From contig CDPCPM010000160.1 of the NCBI GenBank assembly GCA_976551045.1, positions 1,054,001 to 1,118,000 on the forward strand: a DNA stretch of 64,000 nucleotides, in the 5' to 3' direction. Each line of letters opens with the position of its first letter. Within the stretch, counting starts at the first letter, position 1. Under the pieces are notes generated by a model that was not told where the DNA came from, searched no databases, and saw nothing but the letters and a program-made list of their open reading frames with translations. Below are positions 40,701-52,169 of this stretch, in pieces. The DNA is from Glaucostegus cemiculus (taxonomy: Eukaryota). A program made the position numbers and the translations under genes.

Positions 40701-43700
40701 TTTCTCAGCACCCAGAAACTCGGGCAGTACTAACTGAACATCAGGAAGCGCGGACGGTAATAAACCTGTGTGTGTAAGATTCCACAGCTGGAGATACGGA
40801 AAACAGCAATGCTTGAGCCAATTCTGACAATTTAAGTAACAGAATGTTCTGGAATGAAGTCAGAAAATTCAGTAGGTCCAGGGGTGCCCGCGGATAGAGA
40901 AACTGCGTCATTGTTTCAGGTTGCAGATACTGACCCGGGGCAGAGAGTTGGAGAAATCAGTAACGGCGGCCTCTAAATTGAAATGGACCGTCACTGGAGA
41001 CGGAGGGAAAATATACTGTGGGATTCCTCGACCAGTTCTTGCCGAGGGTCTTCCACTTGAATCGTTAACTCTTTCCCTCTGCACTGATGCTCCCTGACCG
41101 GTTGAGTGGTTCCAGGATTTCCGCTTTTCATTTAAGTTTTCCCCCAGCATCTACAGTTTTCTGTTTCCCATTTTCATCGAGATCAGATCAATAAACCGGT
41201 GAGGAAACGTTACCCTTTGTCTTTAAGCAAACTGCCGGACGCGGGGTCCGCGTGTTCATGTGCTTACGGACTCTGTCTCGGCAGGGCATAGTGAGAGGAC
41301 AGTTGGAAGTGCACATGAATGCAGTAATAGCGACTGTTTTCCATGAAGGCAAACCGGTTTTCTGGGAGGATGCCTTGGTGTGTGCAGAATGGATTCACTT
41401 TGGAGCTTCAGGGAAAAAAAGAGATATTGAGTAGGAAAGCCATGAAATTATGCTAATCATTCCTAATACCGTGCTTGGGGTGCAAGTATTGTCTGCTGTC
41501 CCGTGTGCCACACCAGGGAGGATGTGAATGTCTCAGAACCTGCAGAGGAGATCTGTTGGTGTGCACCCGGAGGTCAGGGATTTCAATTCCATGGATATAG
41601 GGGAGTAGCAGGGACTATTCCCCTCGGAACAAAGCAGACTGAGGGGCGACTTCTTAAGGAGTAGATGAAGCCGTCTGCTTTTGTTAAACAATAAATGCGG
41701 TCGAGTTGTGCGGAAGAGCTATATAGTGCATGACTTGGAACTCACTGCCCACAAGTGCTGTAGAGGAGCAGACAATTATTGATTCTGAAAGGAAATGGTG
41801 TCGGCCCTTGACTGAGATAATCTTGCAGCACACCGGATAGATCGGGACAATCTTACAGGTTGGCTCACTCTCTGGACAGCAAGCATGAACTGATGGGCCG
41901 ACTGGCACTTCCCCTCACGCACTGAGTTTATGACTTGTGCAGACGTCAGTGGGGACATCGAAATTACCCTAGAAACGGCAAACGTTGAAAATATGAAATA
42001 AAGTGCCGGAAAACTATTATCTCAGGAAGCACCTGCGGAAAGAGAAACGCTTAACTTCAACTGTTCCCCTCTCCACTGGTGTCCTTCCTAACAAGCTGGT
42101 ATTCTCCAATATTTCTGTTTTCATTTCCCCGGACTCTGTAGCTCCCAGGGTCCGCGGTTCACGGGACAACAAATTCAAATGTAAGCTTTAAAAAGTTAGG
42201 TGAAACTGATGAAAACATTCATCAGTCACGCAATCATTGACATTTCCGGTCCGTTTCTCTCTGTGCAAATTATGACAAACCTTCTCGGTGTTTTTGCAGA
42301 AGGTTCTGTAACTACGTCAGATGAACAGCTTTCCCCGCTGTGTTTTTCATTCTTTTCATTTATTGCGGAATTCTTGGGGGTCTCAGTTTACTCGAGCGGC
42401 TTTGAAATGTTAATTGGACAATATCTAAAAAGAAAGTGCATTCCCCTCGCTGCAATTCGAATTAGAGTTTGTTGTCCAATGGGATAAAGTGCCCATTCAA
42501 ATGGTCTTGAAGGTCACTCAGCTCAAGGGACATTCTGACCATCTGGGCGAAGTCCGGATCCAACAACGACTCGATAAGGAATGCCGCAAAATGCAGTAGA
42601 ACCTAATTTCTCCTGAAAGGTTATCAGGAAAATTGATGCATTTTGGGGGGAGATCCGTGCAATGGTTCTGATCCAGATGGATTTATGAAGAATTTTATTT
42701 CCAATTCAGATCTCGATTTTTCTGCTACTCCTGGGCATGAAGCATGACAGGAGGTTTCCCCTCGCGGTGGCCACGGAGTGCACGCCTCCACCGACACTGG
42801 AGACAGCAACAATGAGAAATCACTTCAGGCCCATTATTTCATCAACAAGTGTTGTTGTCTGTAATTCTTCACTTGTGTTGCGCAAAGGTATCGCACGGAC
42901 TCGGCAGGCATATGCTTCAGAAATCTTTATTGTAGCATGATATGATGGAGAGCCAGACTCCTAAAAGCAGAGTTCCAGCACGCCCAAGAAATTACAACCT
43001 TTATTTCTATTGCAGCAGTAGGTAACTACAAACACCCAAGAACAAAAAGCAGAAGTGAATAGCAGAAATAAATGGCGGAAGTGAGAAACCATGGTTTCAG
43101 CCTCAGTCTGGCACACATAAGGAACAAAGTATAATTAGATTGCCGCATCCTATGTGGCGGACACACAAAAAACATCACCATACATAGAGAGTTGTTTGGC
43201 TATCGGCAGAGCAAAGGTTAATGCTCTAGCTCACCATGTGCAGAAATTCGAGCACATTCTCAACTGTCTTTAACATTTCTCCCGCAACGTATTTTACTCT
43301 CCGCCCCATTTAAACCTTCCTCGACAATAAACCGTGCGACCCACACACAAGTGGGGTGGACGCTGGACAGCACACCCGTCTTCAGGAAGCAACGCCTAAC
43401 ATTTCTCAATTAACAGCAAGAGAAACGGAAAGACTGATTAGCTGATATCTGTTCCCAGAATTGTTTTGGGCAATTTGCAAACTATTATTTTCTGCCATTT
43501 ATTTTCTGATGTTTAAAGCTCAACAATGAGCTTGAGGTACCACAAACAATCAAACTTGCACGGATATTGACTCTGTTCACTTAGTTCCTTTCCAATGCAT
43601 CACGTCTCCTTATTTCCTCAATTCCATTTCCAGTTCGCAATGTTCACACTCCCGGAGGTTTGTCAGCTGCGGCGATAGCCGGGATTGTGATTGGCGTTGT

Positions 43701-46700
43701 TGCTGGAATTGCCATTGTGGGTGCATTCGCTGCCTGGTTTATCAAGAAATATGCAAGCAGGTATATATGTTTCATTCAATCTTTACCTTCATGTTGATTA
43801 TACTCCTTAAGACCTGATGTCCTGAAGTAACCAATGATTTGTTGCAGAATGATTTGCGTCTACTCTATCCTGTCAGCCGACGGTGTGCGTATTTCTCCCG
43901 AAGCTTCCATACTTGTTCGATTTACAGCTGCTCTTTAAATCTGCTCCGCTGTTTGACGGTTAGTCATTCAACCTCACTGCCGTGCAGTAGCAATCAAGCA
44001 ATCAAGCACATTCCACCATGACAGAAGGGGCATTCGGCAATTTCTTTCCCCATATATTTGTGAATGGACTGCTTCACACATACACGGCAGGGGGACAGCA
44101 GCAAACACAGGTTGCGGATCTGCACGTCAGCACTGACTGCTATTGTTCGACGCAGAGCCCTGTATTATTAATCCGACTTCTCTTGTTGAAATGCCACCAT
44201 CCGAACAAGAGAAACTGAAGCTGGAGAATATCACAGCCCCTCGAGCCAATTATGCTCTACAATTTGATTGTTGATTTGATCTTGGCCTCAGTTCAACATA
44301 TCCCCCATTCTCAAAAGCCCTTCACTCCGCATTGCACCAAGGATTTTTCTCTCTCGGCCGTGAGTATGTTCAATGCTTCCAAATCCACAGAATGACAGAA
44401 GCCAAAGATTCACCGCCATTCATTACTCCTCCACACCTTCTGATACAGGTGAAACCTTCATCTGAAACATGCCCCCATGTTCAGGAGAAGTTCACTGTGG
44501 GAAACAACAACTTACCCGTCCATACCTGCTCAAAAAGAGGTTTCAGGTTCAGAGACGGTGAGGGCTAACTTGAGCTGACTGAAGAAATCTGTCCAATGAC
44601 CATGAACAGCAAAATCATCCCATAGTCCAAGCTGATTCACACCTATCCATCTAGAAGGCGAGAGTGCGTCACTATCTTGTGTTATCTCCACGAATCTCAG
44701 AGACCATATGTGGAAAGATAAAAGTATCGACTTAATATTCTTTCTTCAGAAATATCGTTATCTGAACATAAATAGGCCGAATATTACAATGGGAATGTGA
44801 TTGTTTCTACTTGCGGTTTGATTGACACCTCTGTGCCCAGAGCAGATAATTTGATATCTCTGTTTCAACGTCCTGTTCCCTACTGTCAAGGTGCAACAAT
44901 AAATGTGATTTCTGTCGGAATTCCCGTTCACTGAATTAGTCTATTGACCAATCTTTTATTTTCAGAATTCATATTTTGATCCGTGTTTGCTTACTTAGGA
45001 TGAAAGTTGCGGAGATACATCTCGGGAGAGGAAAACCAGGAGTAAACAGTGAGTAGAAAGCGTTTTCACAGCTGTCAGTATAAGACGTTGGTTGGGCCAC
45101 ACTTGGAATATTGTGTGCTGTTCTGTTCACCGCAGTATGGAACGTATGTGGTCGTGTGGGGAAGAGATTCGCCAGGATGTGGCCTGGAATGGAGGACTTT
45201 AGTTCCAAGGGGAGGTTATACGCTGGGATAGTTGTCCGTGGAGTACAGGTGGCTGAAGCTAACCTTTCCAGTTTCACATAATCATGAGGTATATACTCAC
45301 TGACCTTTCCGAACGTAGATGAACGTGGATCAAGAGTAAATATGTGAGAAGGAAAATACTGAAAGGAGATAAGAGAGGCATGTTTGTCATACAAACTGTG
45401 GTGGGTGATTGGAACTGGCTGCCAGAGGAGGTGGTTGAGATAGGTATAATCACAGCGTTCACAAAGCATTTTCACAGGTGTACGTATAGGAAAGGTAAAG
45501 AGGGATAGGATCCAAATGCAGGAACTTAGGATGAAAGTGGATGCGCATTTCTGTCGGCATGGTTTCGTCGGGCCAAATGGTCTGTTTCGCGGCTGTAATA
45601 CTCCATCACTTCATGTGACAGGAAATACAAAGGATGTTGCTGCGCAGATCCGTGGACCTCACAGAGATGCTCGTATAATTCTTAGAGTCAAAAATGTGAA
45701 AGAGGCAGTCGGAATCATGCGGTGTCCTGGGATGGCTTAAACGGCCGCAGAGACGGTTATATTCCAGTGAGAAGAAGTGGCGTCAGGGGAGGTGACTGAG
45801 GGGGAATATTTCTTTATACATTTGCTACTGTCTGGAATGTTGCTCCATTTTTCAGTTCTGTCGCCCGTCAGTCTTCAAGGTTGCAAGACTCTGAAGCAGA
45901 ATTGAGTAGCGGTTGAGTTTGCCCGGTGAGGTCCATCTTCTGCATAACTAAAATGTACAATGCTTGACCTGGCTGTGCACTGAACTGGATCGGTGCCAAC
46001 TTCTCAAGGATAACAAGGATCTGCAAATCCTGCCACCGAGAAGGTGAAGAACAGGATCAGACCTTAAGTTGGTCAAATCTACAGGGCTTGTGCGAAAGGG
46101 GCGGAACTCATGAAATTGGTGTGATGCGCTTCCAATGTATCCAACAGGCGTTCCTCCGTAGGTGAAAACTACTATTGAATCTGTTTGCTCAGATAAATAA
46201 ACGTGTTGTATTCCCACAGACACCTTGGCTACGGATGTTGCAGACTCGGCACAGACGTATGAAAATATGCCAAGGAATCAAAAGGTTAGTACAAGTGCAT
46301 CATGATGACATTCTAATCAACATCATTTTTATATACATAACGTAGAATGTTGATGTAGAACATAAAAATAATTCCTCCTACAGCAGTTGTGGATTGGGGT
46401 CAGCAGACTGGGGTCCTTAGGAATATACATCTATAAAACTTGCATTCTTCCTTTTCATGTTCGAATTCACTATCCTACCTCAGAACAATCTTTAACACAC
46501 GTTTGGATAAGGAATACGCAGGAATAGGAAGCCTTAAGAGGGCTCTGGGCCAAATGCGGGCAGTCAGGACATGATCGTTGGCTCCTTGGTCAGGCTGGAC
46601 CAGTTGGGCCGAATGACCCGTCTCCATGCAGTAAGATTGTATCGCTCTGTGACTCTATGAATCGTTGGGAATGGTCATGATCAGGTGTAGCTCGCCAACT

Positions 46701-47355
46701 GACTTCACTATCAAACTATCGTAACACTGGACTCTCTAATAATTGGGTTAATGACACTTTGTGGGTCCACATCTGTGAGCGAATTGCGAAACAAACTCTA
46801 TCTGTGTGTAGACGAGGTTTTCGGTACAAATTTGTTTAAAGCAGCAATGGATGTGAACACTGCTTCCTTTAGGTTTCATTTGGAGGAGAGATAATGACAT
46901 TCTCTGTCTTGTCGGTTGATTCATTCAGTATTTTATTATTTTCCCATCAACAGAGTAGCGCTCACCCGACCGATGAAAACTCCACTTACATGGTAAGGGA
47001 ATTGTGTTTTATTCTTTTGAGGTAAATACTTCTATTTTCACCGTTTCGAACCAAACCCAAACGTAAACCACTCTATCACGGGAACCCCTTTAACACATGG
47101 CAAGTTCACAGCTGATCCTATCTCCCACGTACACTTTCCGGCCCGATCCCCATGTACGCCGAATCACGCACTGTCCGAGAGCCTATCGGTCTCAGCGCGG
47201 AACACTCTCAACGTCTTCTCTATGATCTTATTATACACGTCTGTCAATGTCTGCTTCTGCTAATATTTGTTTGCGAATCATAACGACCTGTTCATGTTCA
47301 ATAGGGGCTGGTGTTGGAAGATCGATCACTTTACAGCGACCTAAGGAGGAATTAG
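16705..47355 (+). CDS. Gene B (whole spliced model): CEACAM-like type I membrane receptor, leader-N(IgV)-(IgC2 A-B)x4-TM-cytoplasmic tail with ITAM; 15 coding exons, 949 aa
   Basis: Exons 16705-16756, 16923-17237, 22222-22497, 23129-23392, 27725-28000, 29800-30063, 31790-32065, 33607-33867, 39639-39914, 40002-40259, 43634-43760, 44999-45048, 46220-46284, 46954-46992, 47305-47355. All have AG/GT boundaries and compatible phases, sum to 2850 nt and read open to TAG 47353-47355. Cys-less IgV, alternating EP(V)S.P A-type and YGPE/D B-type IgC2 domains and a GLS..AIAGIVIGVV TM are CEACAM hallmarks. Orthology to a named CEACAM cannot be assigned. Confidence 0.88.
16923..17237 (+). CDS. Gene B exon 2, N-terminal IgV-like domain lacking cysteines
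   Basis: ttcttcctcag acceptor, 315 nt, W in C strand, NGSLLL and DSGEY motifs with no Cys, donor G|GTGAGT. Confidence 0.92.
18585..18800 (-). mobile_element. HE1/CR1-tailed SINE remnant
   Basis: agagtcatatagtcatacagcacggaaacaggcccttcggccca is the reverse complement of the recurring CR1/SINE tail. Confidence 0.6.
21130..21840 (+). mobile_element. Decayed CR1-clade LINE fragment
   Basis: Degenerate FN.GKC.VMHF, L.FI.RG and RP.LE..VQF.P segments. Confidence 0.6.
22222..22497 (+). CDS. Gene B exon 3, IgC2 A1
   Basis: EAISKPTISANNTHPVEHNDAVALTC...FEWF...EFVCRV; 276 nt, phase 1-1, T|GTAAGT donor. Confidence 0.9.
23129..23392 (+). CDS. Gene B exon 4, IgC2 B1
   Basis: YGLESLIVSISP...NVTFSC..SNPAAQFQW...TGNYTCKAFN; 264 nt, phase 1-1. 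Confidence 0.9.
23990..25000 (-). mobile_element. Decayed CR1-clade LINE RT fragment
   Basis: Similar to 1-800 (catccactgccctaccctcatc, gggacctcgcctg, ataacctggga...ccatcagg). Confidence 0.6.
27725..28000 (+). CDS. Gene B exon 5, IgC2 A2
   Basis: EPVSKPVITSNDTDPVEYNDTVSLTC...YLWF...EEFTCVAYN; 276 nt; 81/92 aa identical to gene A exon 3. Confidence 0.9.
29800..30063 (+). CDS. Gene B exon 6, IgC2 B2
   Basis: YGPENLTISISP...NFSC..SNPAPAFQW...DTGSYTCEAFN; 264 nt, phase 1-1. Confidence 0.9.
31790..32065 (+). CDS. Gene B exon 7, IgC2 A3
   Basis: Branch-like cactaac upstream; EPVSEPNIT...VKLTC...YLWL...GPFTCIAYN; 276 nt. Confidence 0.9.
33607..33867 (+). CDS. Gene B exon 8, IgC2 B3
   Basis: YGPDRPNIT...TFTCSA.SRP...DWYLNG...TGNYTCQAFN; 261 nt, phase 1-1. 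Confidence 0.9.
35250..35478 (+). mobile_element. CR1 3' end fragment
   Basis: FTQRVVGA.NALP..LVEA..L..FK.LLD.H coding remnant and ggg.cgaagggcctgt..tgtgctg..ctgttctatgttc tail. Confidence 0.7.
37800..37962. repeat. Purine-rich (GA/AGAGC/AGAGG)n low-complexity repeat
   Basis: Direct reading. Confidence 0.85.
38560..39560 (-). mobile_element. Decayed CR1 fragments
   Basis: ALEEAQSRFTRLIPG and LESLGLYSL..RR segments within ORF 39181-39711; RVVG.W remnant. Confidence 0.65.
39639..39914 (+). CDS. Gene B exon 9, IgC2 A4
   Basis: EPVSNVNV...VVLICDA...TWLKNN...DTATYNCTVSN; 276 nt. Confidence 0.9.
40002..40259 (+). CDS. Gene B exon 10, IgC2 B4 (not in ORF track)
   Basis: After an 87-nt intron: YGPENVRILPQ...LTLTCSAQSVPSGEYKWY...DSGNYTCEVYN; 258 nt, donor A|GTAAGT. 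Confidence 0.9.
43634..43760 (+). CDS. Gene B exon 11, transmembrane exon
   Basis: IRNVHTPGGLSAAAIAGIVIGVVAGIAIVGAFAAWFIKKYAS; resembles CEACAM1 TM (GLSPGAIAGIVIGVV); phase 1 in, phase 2 out. Confidence 0.9.
44999..45048 (+). CDS. Gene B cytoplasmic exon 1 (RMKVAEIHLGRGKPGVN)
   Basis: ttacttag acceptor, 50 nt, phase 2 to 1, A|GTGAGT donor; positional equivalent of gene C 59282-59337. Confidence 0.7.
45060..45600 (+). mobile_element. Decayed CR1 3' fragment
   Basis: YKTLVGPHLEYCVLFCSP motif and gggccaaatggtctgttt tail. Confidence 0.7.
46220..46284 (+). CDS. Gene B cytoplasmic exon 2 (TLATDVADSAQTYENMPRNQK)
   Basis: ttcccacag acceptor, 65 nt, phase 1 to 0; same length and homologous to gene C 58781-58845. 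Confidence 0.82.
46954..46992 (+). CDS. Gene B cytoplasmic exon 3 (SSAHPTDENSTYM), first half of ITAM
   Basis: Polypyrimidine-cag acceptor, ATG|GTAAGG donor, phase 0-0; homolog in gene C. Confidence 0.85.
47305..47355 (+). CDS. Gene B last coding exon (GLVLEDRSLYSDLRRN*), second half of ITAM
   Basis: caatag acceptor; near-identical homolog on - strand at 55501-55545; stop TAG 47353-47355. Confidence 0.83.
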   Translation, partial: GLVLEDRSLYSDLRRN

Positions 47356-48519
47356 CGCAGAAAGTTTGTGAAGCGATACTAAATGTTGTTTAAAAAGGAA
47401 AAAATTGCATTCTTATTTCTGTCTTTGAAACATGGACTATAGAATGGACAGAAACCTGCCACAAGTTCCCTGCGACTATTATATGACAGACATCATACAG
47501 TGTGGGCTGGAGACAGGTGCAGAGAGACAATGAACATTAGTGGAACAACTTTACTGAACCGGTCGCTGTGTAAAACTTACAACTTGACAGGAAATATGCA
47601 CTTTCAGGACACCTGAGAAAGTTACGGAGCATCCCGTCGTGTTTAACTCCATCAGTTAAAACTCCACATACGTTCCGACTGAGAACCAGAACACCACACC
47701 TGTGATGCAGAAGGATTGGTTGGCTTATGAATCGCGAGGATAACAACACAACAAACCAAGGAAGTTTCCGCATCATAATGCCTCTATCATGTTTCCATTA
47801 CAACCGTTCTCCGTGTCACCCTCGGTTCTTCCAGTCTGTCTCGCTGTCATATCCCCTTCCAACCCTCGCCTGGTTGCCACTCACATTTCCCCCACATCAT
47901 TCCCGTACAAAGTGGATCCTCTCCCTTCTTGATGCAGATCATGGACTGGTCCGTCCTTGACCGCTTCCGCCGTCCACTTCCATAAACGAAACGAAGCGTC
48001 GAATTCAAATTGTTGGCGAACCAGACTCTGTGTTTCCATTGGCCAGGATCTTCTTAGAGCCGCTCATGTGTTGCCGCTACGCAGTCATTCCGGGTATAAT
48101 GACCCCATATTTTCTGTGTTTCCGAGGAAAAGATCGCACTCTCAGCGAAATCTGATGCAGCGTGAGTGATAATTTATTCAACACAACATCAACAGATATT
48201 TTACTGCACAGTGTCCAGCCTCGCCTGTCTGGGCGCAGTGTTCTGACGTCTTTCTCGACAGCAATGAGAACTTGGTTTCATTACTCAGAACCATTGGATG
48301 CTGGAACTTCCATCCTTTCTGTGTCCACCTTCCGACAAATGAGAAGACTGGAAATTCTGCTGCCATCCTCACTTCACCCTCAATGGGAGACACAGAGAAA
48401 AATGCGAATGTGAATGTCGCGTTTCCGTAAACGAAACTGGAAAGCACAACAACGAGTTCGCATGCCACAGGAAGTAAAATATTAATAATATTTTCTTATA
48501 TTAATAAGAAAATATGAAT

Positions 48520-50400
48520 ATAAGCAGTAGGGACAGGAAAAGGACATATGCCCCATGACCCTTCTCCGCCATTCAATAAGATCGTGACTGATCTGGCCGT
48601 GGTCTCTGCTCCACCTGCCATTTCCCCATAACCCTTAATTCCCCTACTGTGCAAAAATCTATCTAACTATGCCTTAAATATATTTGATGAGCTCGTCCCT
48701 CTGAATCCCACAGATTCTCTACTCTCGAGGAAGGCAGCTTCTTCTCACCTCCACCTTGAATTTACTCCCCCGAATCTTGAGGCTATGCTCTCTTGTTTAT
48801 ATCTCACATATCAGTGGAAAAAACCTTCCTGACTGAGCACTCTTATCTCTCCCTTTCATAATATATTTCTTTCAGATGCCTTCTTATTCTTCTGAATTCC
48901 TGGGAGTATAGTTCGAGGCAATTCAATATCTCCTGACAGGCTGAGCCACTCAACTCGGGATCACTCCAGTGAAACTCCTGTGCACCGCCTCCAATGCCAG
49001 CAGATCTTTTCTCAACCACGGGGAGTAGAACTGCACGGAATATTCCAGGTGCCGCCTGACCAGTCCCGTGCAGAGTTCCTCCCTGCTCTTAAATGCAAAC
49101 CCTATTGCAATGAAAGCCAACATTCGATTTGCTATCTTCAAAATGTGTTAGAACTGCAAATCAACCTTTTGCGATTCATGCAATCACGTCCCCTTGCCCA
49201 AAGGCATTTTGCAATATTTCACCATTAATTAATAACCTGGTATTCTTCTTTTTTCATCCTAAGTGGATGACATCGCATTTACCAACATTGTACAACATCT
49301 GTCAGACCCTTGCCGACTCACTTCACCTATCGAGAACGTTCATTTCCTTATTGCTTGCTTAGTGGTTTTTTGTTGCTATGTAACGTTTTCATAAACTTCC
49401 TGTTTCCCACTACTCTTGGAGACTTTGTATGCGCGAGATTTCAGCTTGATGCCTTCTTTAATTACCTCAGTTTCTCAAGACTCGCTCCCACCCTCCCCCC
49501 TTAACTGTCCTTGCCTTTAACGGGAATATACTTCGGTTCAGCACCATAAAATATCTCTTTGAAAGTCTTTCACTATTCCTCAATTATCCCACCATACAGC
49601 CTGCGTTTCCAGTCCTTGCTCATTCCGTTGTAGTCTCCCTTGTTCGGGGAAAATACACCGGTTTATGATTGAACTGGTGCACTCTCCAGTTCTATGTGAA
49701 ATTCACTCATGCAATGATCATTCTTTCCAAGAGAGTCCCAGACAACGTCGTTAATTTCAACAGGCTGAATGCGCAGGAGCAGATCAAAGACAGCATTATT
49801 CCTCGTAGGTTCATAACATGCTGTTCAAGGAAGCTCTTATGCATGCATTTTATGACGTCCTCCTAAATACTGCCTCGACCAAATTGATTCGCCCAATCTA
49901 TGTGGAATTTAATGTCCCCATAGACACTTGCCGTTCCATTCTGACATGAATGAGATATTTCTCAATTTATTGCCTGTGCCACTGTCATGTTATTACTCAG
50001 TAGCCTATACACCACTGGCACCAGCGATTATTATCCTTTACTATTCATAACTCTTCGCAGATGGACTCAATATTCTGCTCCGTTGATTTCATGGCGTCTC
50101 TCACTATCGGCCTGATTTCATTCTTATTTAAAAGCGCAAACCTACTTCCCTTTCAGATAAAGTGCCCTGACTCTCATTGTCTTTTTTATAATCCAGTAAA
50201 TCCTTGTGTCCTTTGCATTTGAATTTACTGTACTCCACTCTCCCTTTTCCCTTTACTAACTTTTCCTCTGGTCTCTCCTTTACTTCCCGCTTTCCTTATG
50301 CATGGATTCCCATCCCCCTGCCATATTAGTTTCAAACCGCCCCAAGAGCATTCGCAAATAATCCCCCGAGGATATTGATCCCCTCCGGGAATAAGTTGGC
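48520..50400 (-). mobile_element. Decayed, internally deleted CR1-clade LINE
   Basis: ORF 48950-49141 ANRMLAFIA.GF.FKSRE...LVR.HLEYSVQF.SP.LRKD.LALEAV.R.FT..IP; related to 56110-58260. Confidence 0.75.
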
Positions 50401-52169
50401 TTGTGTTTTGTACTTCAATGCAAGGGGTCGAGGAAATGAAGGCAACGTGATAAATGAACACAGGTACGTATTTGTATGAAAAACTGGGCACTCTGAAACC
50501 TGGTCGATTGATGAGCAGGTGGAGAACCACAGCATTGTTGGTGACAGGTTTCCGACAAGGTGGAGAAACAGGTTTTGGAATAAAAGCGTGCTCATTATGA
50601 AATGGCAAGGTGCAGTATTTGACAGGCGAGTCCCTCGGCGGAGCGCTGTAAATGTTCGAGTTGCACAGGACTCAACAGCAGGTTCCTCGCTCGGTTACAA
50701 TACATGCGTCACTCCATTTGTATCATTAATATTAATTGCAAATAGCTGAGGCATTGTGTGTCACCCACGTACTGATGGGCGGACATCGGGCCGAGACGTT
50801 AAATCTTTCTCACTGCACACATACTGCCTGACAGGCCGAACATTCCCCCATATAGCTGACCCGTTTTCATTTATATTCCACAATACTACCAATGTACAGT
50901 TTAGGGACACTGCTCTGTGCTAACTGGCTGAGTAACCCGTTCATTTTCCTGGATCTCAGACTCAGGTCCTTTACCAAGAACCACATTAGACAAAAGTATC
51001 CTCTGGTATATTTGAAAAATGTTCACACATCGCTTACCTCTCTTCAGTTTGTACCTTTCTCAACTGCCTTTCCCATGAGAAAATAAAGTAAATAAACAAT
51101 TTGTATCGGCTTGCAACGTGTTTGTCAAGTAATTATTTATTTCATCTATCCCAAAATTGTAATAAATATAACCTTCAATTGGCTCCTATATTCAGTTTTC
51201 CTCCACATTTAAACGAACGGAATTTAGCATCCGTTGGAATGCAAACCGTTCAGCGGGATATTCAAGAAGTGTTTGTGATTTCCTCCTTCCCCTCGCGTCG
51301 AAGTCCAATCCACTTTGTGTTCAGGTCAGGTCACGAGACAATGACATGAGGAAGCCATTAACTTTGCCCAGAGTTTTGACAGACGACAAAATGAGATGTG
51401 CGTGAGGTCTTGTCCGAGTTAGTTGTAAAGATATCTGATAAGCTTTAGTGCTCCACACCTCGGGACAAGTAACCCTCACTTGGTAATTAACTGATTAAGT
51501 AGCTTTGTCGCAAACATGAACATTGGTTGAGTTCAATCAACTAATCTCTGTGAGGGGAGAACGACAGCTGACTGGTCCATGCGCCCTGTCGACTCTTTAC
51601 GAAGACTAAAGAGGATCACAAGCGGCACCGGGCTCATGACTGATTCCCCGGAATCTGCTTCCAACCCCTCCTTCGAATCATTTTTTACCCAAATGCACAA
51701 TGTGCTAAATCGAAGTGGAACAGGAGCATGTGAGAGTATAAGAAATAGAATCACGATTTGGCCACGTTGCCAATCCTGGTTGTTCCACTATTCAGCGAGC
51801 TCGTGGCTGATCGTTCAAAGGTGCTAGACTTGACCAGCCCTGCACACACCCAATTCCCCCAAAATCCTATTTCTCTGCCTTCCTTCTAAACCACCTGCTC
51901 CTCACCCATACCCACCTCCCTCTCACTTCCTTCCCTTCACCGTTCCTGTCTGCAAATCCCACCTTCCTTATTTGGTTCCATGCTCCATCCTCCTCTTCTG
52001 TGAGGTGACATCATTTACAACAATTTCTGGCCTCTACCGATCACCTCATAGCCTCCGCCGCCATCTCTACCCTTCCATCTCCGAGCAGATCCCATCTGCC
52101 AATGACCCCTCCATACCTGGATCCACCGATCACATGCCAGCTCCTGCCTCAGTCCATCTCCTCTTCATT

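Noticed and set aside
45622-45672. Possible extra 51-nt phase 1-1 cytoplasmic exon in gene B (RNTKDVAAQIRGPHRDA)
   Set aside because: Weak donor (C|GTATAA), poor pyrimidine tract, no equivalent seen in gene C; the model is in frame without it.
48488-48515. 12-bp AT-rich perfect hairpin (atattttcttat-atta-ataagaaaatat)
   Set aside because: Low complexity and at the 3' junction of a CR1 insertion; no evidence of function.
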